Below, in pieces: positions 1-12,230 of a stretch of DNA of 64,000 nucleotides. The notes beneath the pieces are model-generated. The model was given only the letters and a program-made list of their open reading frames with translations. It searched no databases and was not told where the DNA came from. Source of the stretch: Glaucostegus cemiculus (taxonomy: Eukaryota); assembly GCA_976551045.1 (NCBI GenBank), contig CDPCPM010000133.1, forward strand, positions 3,100,001-3,164,000, in the 5' to 3' direction. Made by a program: the position numbers and the translations under genes. Within the stretch, counting starts at the first letter, position 1; each line of letters begins with the position of its first letter.

Positions 1-800
1 TAGTCAGGGACGTTAGTGATATTGGCAAGGCTAGAATTTATCACTAATTTCTCTTGGAAAGGCAGTGATGAGCAACCCTCTTGAACTGCTTGGAAGAGGT
101 CACAGGTTTGAGAGGTGCTGTTGTGGTAGCCTAGGCAAGATATTAAAAGCAGCACCACAGTGCTACCCTGTGGTGGGGGAATAAATGTTTAGAGTAGCAG
201 GTGGCGTTCACATCAATTTGGCTTCTTTGTCCTGTATGGTGCTAGAATGATTGGAATCCAACGATCACAACCACCTTCCTTTGTGCAAGGTACAACTCCA
301 ATCATTCAAATGTATTCCCTTTGATGCCCATTGAATTCATTACCAGAGCTCCAGAACTCATCGAATGCTGCCATGGTGTCAGGGTCAGCCACTCTCATTT
401 CACCTCTGCAATTCAGTTTTTTAGTCGAGGGCTGGAATGAGATCAGGAGCTGAAAGGTTCTGGTGAAAACCCAAATTGGATTTAGGTTATTTATTGAGGA
501 AATCCCATTTGATAGCAGGATTGATGGCACCTTCCATCATTCTGCTGATGATTATGATGCATATCCAGGGAACCATAGATTCAGAACAAGCTAGGGATTA
601 CCTGCAACTAGTCTTCACTGTTGGGACCTTTGTAGTGGTCCTTTTTATAGGTGTGGCAGAAGACAATGTCAAATAATATCTTGGATTACCTGAGTTAACC
701 CCAAATGTCCTTTGCTGTACATTATGAACATTTTCATTGTATTAGCTTCAAATGTCAAATTGATTAAACCATCTGTCAACATTTTCTTTTCTCTTTGCAG

Positions 801-845
801 ACGTTCCAGCCTTGTCATCACAACCAAAATTTTCTGGGGTGGAAA
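801..845 (+). CDS. KCNAB2: KCNAB2 internal exon (RSSLVITTKIFWGGK)
   Basis: Acceptor ttgcag| at 800, donor |gtatgt at 846; translation matches Kv-beta2 as recalled. Confidence 0.96.
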
Positions 846-969
846 GTATGTAACTAGTTATTTATGTATGCTTTAATGATTACAGTTGTTGTCTTTGAAT
901 AAATGTAATTAATAAGCTACGCAATGTTTATTTGGTAAGTAAACTTTAACTAATACTGTTCTTTTGCAG

Positions 970-1013
970 GGCAGAGACTGAGAGAGGACTCTCCAGAAAG
1001 CACATTATAGAAG
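970..1013 (+). CDS. KCNAB2: KCNAB2 exon (AETERGLSRKHIIEG)
   Basis: ttttgcag| and |gtagtg; phase-compatible with neighbouring exons. Confidence 0.96.
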
Positions 1014-1931
1014 GTAGTGTGTCATGCTAATTAAAAAAAATGCTGCTGTTGATAATTGGTTAAGTGTCCTCTTATGGAACAGTTATTTAAGAAAAACATG
1101 TTAAGAGTTTTCATGATAACGTTGTCAACCTTGTAACATCAAAAGTGGCAGATAGAAACTGAAATCTGCTTTAAGCAGAAATCCCATGTTCCAAACCAGG
1201 GAAAAGTGAAAAAAACAAAGGAGCTGGTCATCATTTGCAAGGTCAACATTCATGCACACAGCTAATTGCTCTTGAGAAGGTGGTTCTGAGCTCTCTTCTT
1301 GAACTGTTGCAATTGTTCTAATGAAAATACATTCCCATAATGCTATTGGGTAGAGAGTTCCAGAATTTAGATACAGTGAAATGAAGAATGGCAACTGTAT
1401 TTTCAAGTCTTGATGGAGTGTGAATTGAAGGACAGCCTGCAGGTGGTGGTGTTTCCTTGTATCTGCTTTCCTCGTCATCCCCTGTTACAATTTGGGAGGT
1501 GCAGTCAGAATAGCCCACCTGACTAAGTACAGTGTATTTTGCAGATGGTGTACACTGCAACCAGTCAAGGAAGGAGTGAATGCTTCGGGTGGTTGATAGA
1601 GTGCCAGTCAAATGGGTTGGTTTGTTCTGGGTGGATGAGCTTCTAGTTTTGTATCTGTCTGGTCAGCTGGAGAGCATTCCATACATCACTTGACTTTTGC
1701 TCAGTAGAATTATGTAAAGGCTTTGAGGGATCAGACAGTGAATCACTCTCCACAGGATGCCAAGACTCTGATTTGATCTTGTAGTTACAACTCTTAGGCA
1801 GCTGATCAAGTTAAGTTTCTGATCAATGGTGACCCCCAGGTAGGGAACCTTGTATGAAAGGAGAGAAGGTTAGCACTCCCCTTGATAAGGATGGAAGGGG
1901 CCCTAGTGGCCTTACAACACACAAATGGTTA

Positions 1932-2185
1932 GGGTGGCACGATAGCGTAGCGGTTAGTGCGACGTTGTTACAGCGCCAGCGATCGGGGTTCGATTGCCGT
2001 TGCTGTCTGTAAGGAGTTTGTACGTTCTCCCGTTTCTGCGTGGGTTTCCTCCGGGTGCTCCGGTTTCCTCCCACATTCTGAAAGAAATACGGGTAGGTTA
2101 ATTTGGGGGTTAAAAATGGGCGGCGTGGACTCGGAGGGCCGAAAGGGCCTGTTACCATGCTGTAAATAAAATTTAAAATTTAAAA
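1932..2185 (+). mobile_element. Full-length V-SINE (HE1-like elasmobranch SINE)
   Basis: tRNA-like A box (1943-1953) and B box (1987-1997), V-domain GGGTTTCCTCCGGGTGCTCCGGTTTCCTCCCACA, CR1-like tail GGGCCGAAAGGGCCTGTT. Confidence 0.9.
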
Positions 2186-2602
2186 TATTTTAATTTAAAG
2201 AATATCAAAGTGATGGCTTGACTGTCATAGGTGAGTTAATGTATATCTGCACTGAACTCGAATATAGATGGCTAGACTCATTGAGGAGATGCTATTATAT
2301 ATCTAAACAGAAAACTGATTTCATCTTGTGCTATGCTGAATAAATGATGCTGACTTTCCTTCAGTCAATGAAAGATGAAGCTTTTGTACAAGCATCATGA
2401 TATTAACCCATTTCTACAAGCATAAAACATGCCTGTCTTAAATTTCCTCATAGAAGTGAATTACAACATAGTTGATTTACTCTTGTTGTACAGCAGTTAT
2501 CAATTTATTCTGCCAATTACACTACATTCTGAGCATGATAAGGCTCTGTAGTTTTGTTAGTCCCATATGTTTTTAATGGATATTTGTATTCTGCATTGGC
2601 AG

Positions 2603-2689
2603 GACTGAAAGCTTCCCTTGAGCGGCTACAGTTAGAATATGTGGATGTGGTATTTGCAAATAGGCCAGACCCAAACACACCCATGGAAG
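2603..2689 (+). CDS. KCNAB2: KCNAB2 exon ([28 protein letters not shown])
   Basis: ggcag| and |gtgagt; seen in ORF 2554..2805; beta2-type residues (ASLERL, RPDPNT). Confidence 0.97.
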
Positions 2690-5600
2690 GTGAGTCTCAT
2701 TATATAAGTAAAGATATAACAACAAATTTAATCTGTAGATTTTGGAAATGCACTTACCTTCTCTTCCTTTTCACACTCTGCGTCAATGAGAAACTGTTAC
2801 AGTAAAGGTTCAAGAAATGTAGTTTGGCATCTTCATAGCATGAAGATGAAGTTATCTTTATATTCGCAAAATATTTATAGGGCCTCTGATCATTTAGTAC
2901 AGAAATACAAATGTTGAGGATCATTCATTAGTGCAGATTATCTGTCTTACATGGGATTGATTTTTCAATACCTATGTCCAAGTTTTCTTTTATCCACTAT
3001 CTCTTAAAGAATATATTCTTGTATTAATACAGTACCACAGATAGCAGCCAAATATCTAGTCCATAAGCTCTGTGTTTGAGGGGACATCTCAGTAGTGTTC
3101 TTACGTTTCTCTGTACACTAGCCTAATGTGGCTGGGTCTGATTTGTAAACCCAACTACTGGCCTATCTGAGATCAGCTAAATCAGTAGAGAGCAGAAATT
3201 AAACCAAAAATCTTCCGGTCTTTATAGTTTTTTTGGTCATTCTAGATTCCAAACCTTTGATATGGTATATTTGCTAGAAATGTACAAGTGAAGTGTGAGG
3301 TGCATGTTCCATTTAACTGACATCTTAGTCACGGTGGGCTGAAGGGCCTGCTTCTGTGCTGTACACCTCTATGACTCTATAACCCTTTGACTCACGTACT
3401 AGACCAGATGATTCACTGGAGTGCCAAGAAATAGCATGAATGGACATGTGTAAATTCTATTCCAGAACTGATTTTAGTCAATTTGTTATGGGAGCATCCA
3501 TACTCTTGTTCCATCATAGATGGGAAGAGAGTTTTTCACTGGGCTATTGCTATGTACCACCTGGCAGATTTGGACAGAAATTGCCCAGAAGAACTGTTCA
3601 CTGCATTTAAAGGTCCAAGAGGTATGTTTTGGGAACAACATCAACAGGAAAAAATTGAGAACAGGGCTGTTTTTGAGTTCTTAAGATATCAGTATTGATT
3701 TTCAATGGAAAATATTTTAAATTGGATGGTTGGGTCTGGTGGTACTCTGATGTTTTGCTGCATGAGAGGGGCGAGCACAATACCAGACTATTCTGCAACC
3801 AGTAAATCCCTATTCTACCACCCACTGATTTTTCTTTTATACTATCCAGGTTAACATGTTAATGGATTCATCTGGAAATAAGTACTGAATAGGACTTGTT
3901 TCTGCCTACACCTTCAGGTGATAGAGGCAAAGCGAACATGAGATTATTTTTAAGCGCAGTAGACAGAGTTTAGGAAAGCCTGAGAGTGAAATGCTCGGAC
4001 ATCCTTTTTGCAGTCCTTAGATAAAGTGTGTTCCAATTTCTTATTGGATACGTCTACTTTTGAAATTTTCTAATGTCACATGGTTTAAGGGGAGATGTGG
4101 TGGAAAATATACAGGATATAATTTCCATGAGGAGAAGGTTAGAATATTGGAGTGGGAGAGGGTAGGATGGGATACTGGGAGGGGTAGCAGCTTGAGGGTG
4201 GCAAGGCCAACATTATTTCCATTTCAAATTGCCCTTGAAAAGGTGGTGACTTGCCTCCTGGAACTGCAACAGTTCTTCATATAAAAGTGCTCCCATTGTG
4301 CTGTTGGGTAGAGAGTTCTAAGAATTAGACTCGGCAACAATGAAAGAATGCTGATGTGCAACTTGGAAAGGAATCTGCAGAATGCTGGAGCTTGTTCTCC
4401 TTGGTGACTGCAAATTTGGGAGGTGCTATCAGAGCAGCTTTAGGGAATAACAGCTGTGCATTTTGTAGGCATTGCCCACTGCAGCCGTACTGTTCCAGCA
4501 GTGAAAGAGTTGAATGCTTAGATTGGTAGATACGGTGTCAGTCAACAATGGTGTTTTGTCCTGGATGCTGTTGAGCTTCTTGAGTATTGATGCAGCTGCA
4601 CTCATGCAGGCAAGTGGAAAGTATTGCATCACATTCCTAACTTGTGTCTAGTAAATGGTGAAACTAATTGGCTTGTAATTGTATCTTTGAATTGGAAGAT
4701 CATTGGTCTAAATCTCTGTGATTTCCACATATGTCATTCTTGACCAAGAGAATGTTTGTCATTAGGATTGAAGTGGAAAATATTCGACTTACTGGAACCA
4801 ATACCATTTAGATGAGCACAGAATTTATAAAACAATGATAAATATTACCTCAGAAGTCCATTATGACTTTAGAATAATATGTTATTGAGTTCCTTAATCC
4901 ATTGCACTCTTAGTACAGTGGTATTCTAAAGAACCACTGTTTTTGTTTGATGTGACAAAGCCTATGACAGTTCCACTTACGTGCAACGTCATCACTAGAT
5001 AAAATGACAGGACCATTTTTCTCCTCCTGCTAACAGCAACTGCTCTTTAGGAAAAGTTCCTGTTAAAGCTTCACTGCATCCAGCTATGTTTAAGTTGTTT
5101 GAGGTATGATTTCTGGAACCAGATCTGATGCCTTTGAACCTCTTTTCCCTTTACTAACACGTTAACCAAAAAGAAAAGCTTTGCTGATCTCAGCTGGGTT
5201 AGTAGTGGATAAGGGATGGTACAATCAACCAGCATTTCCATTCCTGGTGACAGAAGCTGAAAATTAAATGAGGATACAATCTTATTTGGTTATCATACTT
5301 TACATAGTTGAATAGCCTATTATCAACTAGGCTATTGAGTTTTTGTGCATGGATACGGAGAGTTAATAACTGTGGAATCTACCCCAAGATGGAGTCCACA
5401 TCTTTGCAAGAGAAGGAAATTAAAAGAAAATTGGGGTGGCCAGAATAAAATGTCTTTGAGTCTTCATACCAGCTCTGCAGCTCCACTCGGTGATGAGTTA
5501 TTTGGAGTTTTGAAAAATGCCTTCTACTTTGCAATGTGTTCATTCCCTCCTCCTCCTCTACACTTTCCTCTGCCCCATCTTGTATATAAAGATGGGCAGG

Positions 5601-8290
5601 ATGTCCACCCTGGAACTAGTGTATAGGGGATCACATCGGTGGTATGAAATGAATTTCCATCCCTCATTAACTATTAACTCTGGATGATCAATTGCCCTGT
5701 CATTATTCCAGATTTCCAGTTGCTCTATTGAAAGTAGCTGAAATGTGTCTGGTAGACATTTTGCAGATTGTTTTTGTTCTTTTGTTTCTACATATAATCA
5801 AATATAAAATATACATAAAGGAATTATGTTGCATAGGATGACTTTTGCAATACTGTATAACAACATGTTAACAAACTGCTAATACATTCTTAAATTGTCA
5901 GATTTGTTTGGAGAATTATTATAGTGAAAGTCCTCCACAGTTCAGTACAGAAATGCTCTTATTCAAACCTATCTGATAATGGTAGAGTTGACTGCTGGTA
6001 GTACTATTGTGGCATCACCATTAGTCTTCAGCAACTGGTTTATAAAACAATGTCCCTTTTGTCATCCTACATGAACTGTGAATGTGTCTGCTGGTTGAAT
6101 GGACTAAGCCAACTTTCAACAGGTGCCTGTCTAAAATTCAAACTTAAGGCTGTAATCTTAACTTGCCTCACATGTAAAACTTGAAGTGGAACTACATCTG
6201 TATCATTTAATCATTGGCAGGCAAATTCATGGGTGTGAAAATGCAATTTGGTGTGGAATTTTGATTGCATGCCACCAGGACACATGAGTTTGCACCAGAA
6301 TGCAGGCAATTAATTTGTAAGATGTCTTGTACATTTTATAATAAGAATTGGCTGGATGTGTGTTTCATGTCACTTTGTTTTTGTGTCTTCATTCACTTCC
6401 CTCAGGTGATCGTAATATAAGGACATAATATAGAAGTAATATAAAGATTCACAGTCTAAGTAACAGTCTGAGAAGAGCTTCAAGTGATCATAATCCTCTG
6501 TATACCTGCTATTGATTAGAAAAGGGCTAACCCCAAATTTGAGAGGAGATCCCATGATGATTGGGAATGGGCATCCATACAAGTATTTTACAGGGTTGTC
6601 AATCAAGTGTTTGGAACTGAAGCTCTGATCGTGGATTGTCTGGAGCAAGGTTTGAGGCCTGTACCAATTCAGAGGTGCAAATGCTTAACTGACAAACAAC
6701 CATTTTTTCCTGAAAAGTGAGCATGATTTACTAACGTCAGCTGTTAGCTGTTATCAACCAGCTAAAGCATTTTTGTACCAAAAAGCTTCTTGTCAAGTAA
6801 TTAGAACTGATTGCCTCATTACAGCAGTTTAGCAACTCGGAACGTCATGTCTCCAGATATAGTCAATGTTTGAAGAGACAAACATTTGAAAAACAAAGAC
6901 TTGGTTTTGCTTGGCTGACTTGGCTAGATGTTTTTCATAATTTTGGTTCCCACGATATAAAAACTTTGCAAACCCAAATGCATATTTTGGCATCTTAGTA
7001 ATAGCTGTAAATGACACGTGTGACAGGTCACAAGCAGTTTTTATTTGCAGTTCTGGATTTTCACCATTTTTAGTAATTCTATTGAATCCTTTTTTTGTAT
7101 TTCTTGCCATTATAATTTTTTTCTCAACTCTCTTAAAAACAATTAGACATTATAATTTGAGATACATGCTTCCCTTGAATGCAAAATATTAAGAACTCCT
7201 GGTTGGAAAAAGTAGCATTGAGTTTTATATATCCACACTCTAGTCTATGCTGAGTTAGCTGATATTGAATTCAGCTTAAGAAATCATAAAAACAGTTGAA
7301 TAAATTATAGAAGAGACAATCAAATACATTCACTCTCATTCCAGGAGAATTAAATCAGGAGCAGGCACCTTGAATGGACTCTTCAACTAAAGGATATAAT
7401 TGATCAACCTTATCTGTGTGGCTCACCTGCTCACTCGATAAACTTACTGAACCATTAGGGAGCTAACTGAAATATTTCCTTGGATGCTTTTGTATTTGTA
7501 TTGGGCTGCTTGAAGCTACAAACTTAATTCCTGCCTCCACCCCCATATTTGAGTTTTACACAATGGCTCTCCTATCCAAGTTTGGGAAGTGTGGTACTTT
7601 GCATGGACATTGGAGGGAATTAACACCAAACAAAGGTTCGTAAAAGTATCTGAAGATGTAGATTTAAGCAGATTTTTGAAAGGGAATGAAACAGTGAGGT
7701 GATGAGAGAAGCAGAGAAGTTCACACTGCAGATGTCTGATTGCTGAAGGCTCTCTGCATTGGTAGAGAGAAAGGCACAAAGTCCAGAGGCAGAAAGACAC
7801 AAATTAGGATGTTGGGTTATTTTGGTGATATTTAATTGTTTCTGAGACAGTTTGACAATCTAAATTTGTACCTGATATTTTACTTGCTGCCACTCCTACC
7901 ATATTAATCATCTATTTCATGCTACATTTGCTCTTCCAGTTAATTTTGTCAAGTACGTTGATTGGTACTACATTTAAAATTTAATCTATGTAGGTAAACA
8001 AAAGGGATACTGTCTTTTAAACAGCATTTTTATACCTCAACTGATAGAATGCTCTGTTTTTATTTTTACTCGTACTATATTTAAACTTTTACAAGTTGAA
8101 TGTATTGTGACATGTGTTTCTAATAAAGGCAATCATTTCACAAGGCTACTGTTTTCTGAGCTGGGAAGTCATGTGTATATGTATGTATATGTAGAATTTA
8201 ATCTTGCCTCTCCCATGCCCTAAATTCTGCAATGTAATGTGCCTTCAGCTATAAACTCTGGTTTTTTTTTAAATCTTTTTTTATTACCAG

Positions 8291-8335
8291 GGGATCCATT
8301 TAGTTCTTCAAAGTCAAGAACATTCATCATTGAAG
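8291..8335 (+). CDS. KCNAB2: KCNAB2 alternative 45-nt cassette exon (GDPFSSSKSRTFIIE)
   Basis: Long T-tract then accag|, donor |gtacac; symmetric phase 1-1 and frame-preserving; peptide matches the insert I recall in the long mammalian KCNAB2 isoform. Confidence 0.88.
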
Positions 8336-11149
8336 GTACACAGTACCCAAGAAATGAGTATTAATACTTAGCTGTTCCGAGGCATTTTATGGGACAGATT
8401 GTTCGTTCACTCTGCTCCTACTTCCTCCCTTTCACCCAGAGAAGTAACCTCCCCATAAAATGCAACTTACCTGACTTCTTAAAAACATCTTGCAAGTAAA
8501 CAAAAATGATTCTGTCCTACCCTTTTTGCTTCTTATTTTTGAACATGTTTCTTCCTTTTTGAACGCCTCTATCACATTCCTAAACCATGCATGTTGTACA
8601 AATGCCAGTCCATTAGGGTTTAGCACCTTGAATTTCTGTTAACTACATGCTTTCAGGTTTGCCAGCATTTCATTTTGAATTCCTCTCATTCTGTGAACAG
8701 TAGTGCTGTGTATGGTAATGTTATGTAGATAGAATTAACATACTCTTAGAAATTCATGTGCTTCCTTTGTTTTACACAAGTCTTGTTTCTGATTTTGTTG
8801 GAAATTAAATTGAAAACCTCACAGCACCTTTAGTGAGTGTTTGCTTTGGCTGATTTATTTTTAATTAAGTGTTTGCGAGATGTTAGAATTCATTTTACTT
8901 CTTAACATTGTGATCTTTGTTCCCCTCATTAACTTGCTCCTTAAGTTTTTTATTATACTTATGAGGAATGTGTAACATGTAGGCTGTGACAACTTTTAGT
9001 CTGCAACAATATATTGCTAAAATGAATCCCCGTGAAAAGCAGCAGGCAGCCGTGCCATTTCCCTTTGCTAAATGGCACACGTCTGCTGAGTAGAATGGGG
9101 ATCAAGGAAGCTGTTGCAGTTGTTTCTAAACTTGGGTAAGTATGAAACTACTAAACTGAAACCTGTTCTTCTGGTCACTTTGATTAAGCAGCAGGAAGTT
9201 TAGTTTATCCAAGTCATTTACTACCTCATGTTTTTGGTCATGCTAACACCACCTTGTAAACTAATTGCCTCAAAAAGGTTATGCAATACTAACATGCAGC
9301 TCTTAGATGGTGCTAGTGCTTTGATTCGAAAAATGATTAAATATTTATGCTTGAAGTGAGCACATGGATCCCTACTCACCCTCCCACTTCTCCATGTCCT
9401 GCTCCTTCAGGAAATCTGATGGTGATTTTTGTGAAGTTTTTATCATTGGATTACATCAAATAGAGTCTTGAGTAAAATGTAAGTGCTGCAAAATGACCAA
9501 GTACCCAGTAAATATGAAGCCAACAACCAGATTAACCCCTTTATGAGCCTGCAGTCATCTGCAGGTATGATTGATGAGGTAGAAGCAATGGAATCCTCTT
9601 AAGAGCAATTGTCAAATAAGTGAAATATGCTTCATTAGAAGGAGTGGGGGTATTAATACTGAATACTAAAAAGAAATGTTTGTTCAGAACTAATTACTGG
9701 CTGTTTGAACTAGCTAACAATGTTTTTACTATTCCATTTGAAGTGTTAACTATATCCTAGAGACAACTAGCGTCACGAAATAATCTTATTCCAACTCCAG
9801 TAGTGAAGTTTTGTAGGCATGATCAAATCCACATAAAAATAAATAAGGCTGAGCAAAATAAATGGAAAATGAACATCAGATTGAAATTTAAGTGTTTAAA
9901 ATAAGTAGGATTTGATTCTATTTTCTGAATACCAGGTACTAGATTACAGTAAATAGAAATTGTTTCCTAACATATTTTGTGCTATGTTACATGAGTGCTA
10001 TTCAAAGCTGCCTAAATGTTAGCTTAATTCTAAGTAAACTGTCTTCAAACCTATAAACAAATTTGTGGCAATGAAGAGGTTTAGAATTGTTAAAAGCCAT
10101 TTTGACCGAAACCACTGGACAGTGTTTAAGAGAATGACAGCTTGTGGTCCTGCTGGTGAAGTGAATTATGAATGAGTAGCTGCGCCATTCAGACCAGGAA
10201 GCTGCTATGTTCATTTCTGAATCTGCCTTGAGTCCACTTACCATAGTCAAGACCTTAAAAACTGACATCAGTGGTCTGGGAGGGAGAGCTCTGTCAGGTA
10301 CTGCCCTGCTTACTGTCCAGTAACCCCTAAAAGCAAATGTGCAGCAAGGACAGTATTGAACTCGGTTGGGATGCTTTCCACAGTTGAATAACCAAAATCA
10401 CTATTCAGTATTGTCTAAAAGAATTGTGGCAAATTGAGGCTTGCCAAATTAAATGTTATAATCACAGCCTAAATTTGCCATTATCACTTAATTCAAGACA
10501 TGGCATTTAATGCCTATTCAGCCATCTGTGGCCAGTTGTTTGCATTGGTGAAAGTGACCATTTAGTGCAGGTTTCATTGTAAATTAGTATTTATTGCAGT
10601 CACTGCTATAGGTTATTTTAGTGATAGACTGGTACTGTTTTCAGCAAAGTGGGTCTGGGATAAAAATCACTAAGTGAAATCACCACTGCTGAACACCTTT
10701 ACAATATTTTTCCTCATTCAAATGATCCATGCAAATTTGCACCAAGATTTATTGTAAGGAATTATTCATCTACTTTGCAACTGCTTGATTCTGTTTCCAA
10801 CCCTGACTATGTAGTAGTAATGGTTATAGAATTTTGGAGTGAATAACAGTAAGAAGGGATGAATAGATAGACTGTATTAATATTATGTTCATCCACATTA
10901 GTTTATTTGAGAGACCTGACATCTCAGAACACTGAAACTAAAGTGCAAAAGGAACACAAATCTAGAGAGAAACAGACATTCAATGAAATATTGTCTACCA
11001 CTTAAATGCAAAGTTAAGGTTAGTGGTGTAATAAAGGATGATATTACGGTGCTAAGTATATATTGGGGATTGTATTAAGACATAATGTGGATAGGATTGA
11101 TGTTGGGTGATTTTATTTTAATTATCCCAAGCAAGACCAGAATAAAGGT

Positions 11150-12230
11150 AATGTGTGTGTTTAAATTCGAACAATAAGGAAACAGCAGATAAAGCATAAA
11201 GTTTGATGTAAAAATATAATAGAATGAAGAATCAAAGCTAAAAATGCTGTGATTGAAGAGGACAAAGTTCAGCTAGGCAAGAGGATATCTGGCTTAAATT
11301 AACTGGCAGAAATATCAGTAAACAGGTCAACAGTGGAAAATCTTCAAATACAAGATTGATCAAGTCCATATGTTCCAGCAGATATAAAAAAGATGTTTAC
11401 TCAAAATTGGTTGATGGGGTCTCATAGGAAGTATGTTAGAAAAATCCAGACATTTGTCATAAGAAAAAATTGTAGCAGTACGAACACCAAGTTGGTTGAC
11501 AGGAAGCAAACGACTAGAGTAAATAGGCATACTCCTGGGGATTACTGCTAGATACACATTAGTCCTTGGTATATTAGGTTGATTTGGACGTGGTGGACTG
11601 CAGTCTCAAAATTTGCTGATAACACCGTCTTTCCATCGGTGAGGTCTGCAATAATACAAGGCATGGACACTTAAGAGAATTTTCAAATAAGTGGTAGATG
11701 TGATTTAATGTGCATTTATGAGGAGATTTATGAGAAGATCTATTATGAAAGTAGAAATAAAGAATGGTAACAAATAACTTGTTATTTTCTGTAACTTTTC
11801 TCAAAGTAACGTCGTAATCTTGAATTGAATAAAAGACTAGTTAGAAAACTTTTGAATTTGTACAGCATAGTTTCAAACTTCAGGATAGCCCAGAAAAAAT
11901 GAAATGCAATTTTGATTCATTGATTCAAAGGTAATGTAAGTTTTGTGGCTACAGAATACAGTTAGATTTTAGGCATATTGTGATTGGAAGGACATTTAAA
12001 CAATGGGCAATGCATGTCACTTATTCTGCAGGTGATGTCAGGAATATGAAATTATGATCACAAGGAGATACTTAAGATTTTATAACATTTTCAACTGATA
12101 ATGCTCAGAATAAATTCAACTGATGCTTTTAAAATTATATAGTTTTTAATGGAATGAATTGCGAAAGGATTTTCCTCCATTGGAGGAGACAGAAATGAGG
12201 TGTCATTAATTTAAAAATGATCACAAAAAA
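11150..12230 (+). mobile_element. Highly degraded CR1 LINE
   Basis: caaaatttgctgataacacc (SKFADNT), and tggttgacaggaagcaaacgactagagtaaat (WL..R.QRV..NG-like). Confidence 0.55.

Noticed and set aside
1932-2000. tRNA gene
   Set aside because: A and B boxes lead directly into the V-SINE body and recur in several copies
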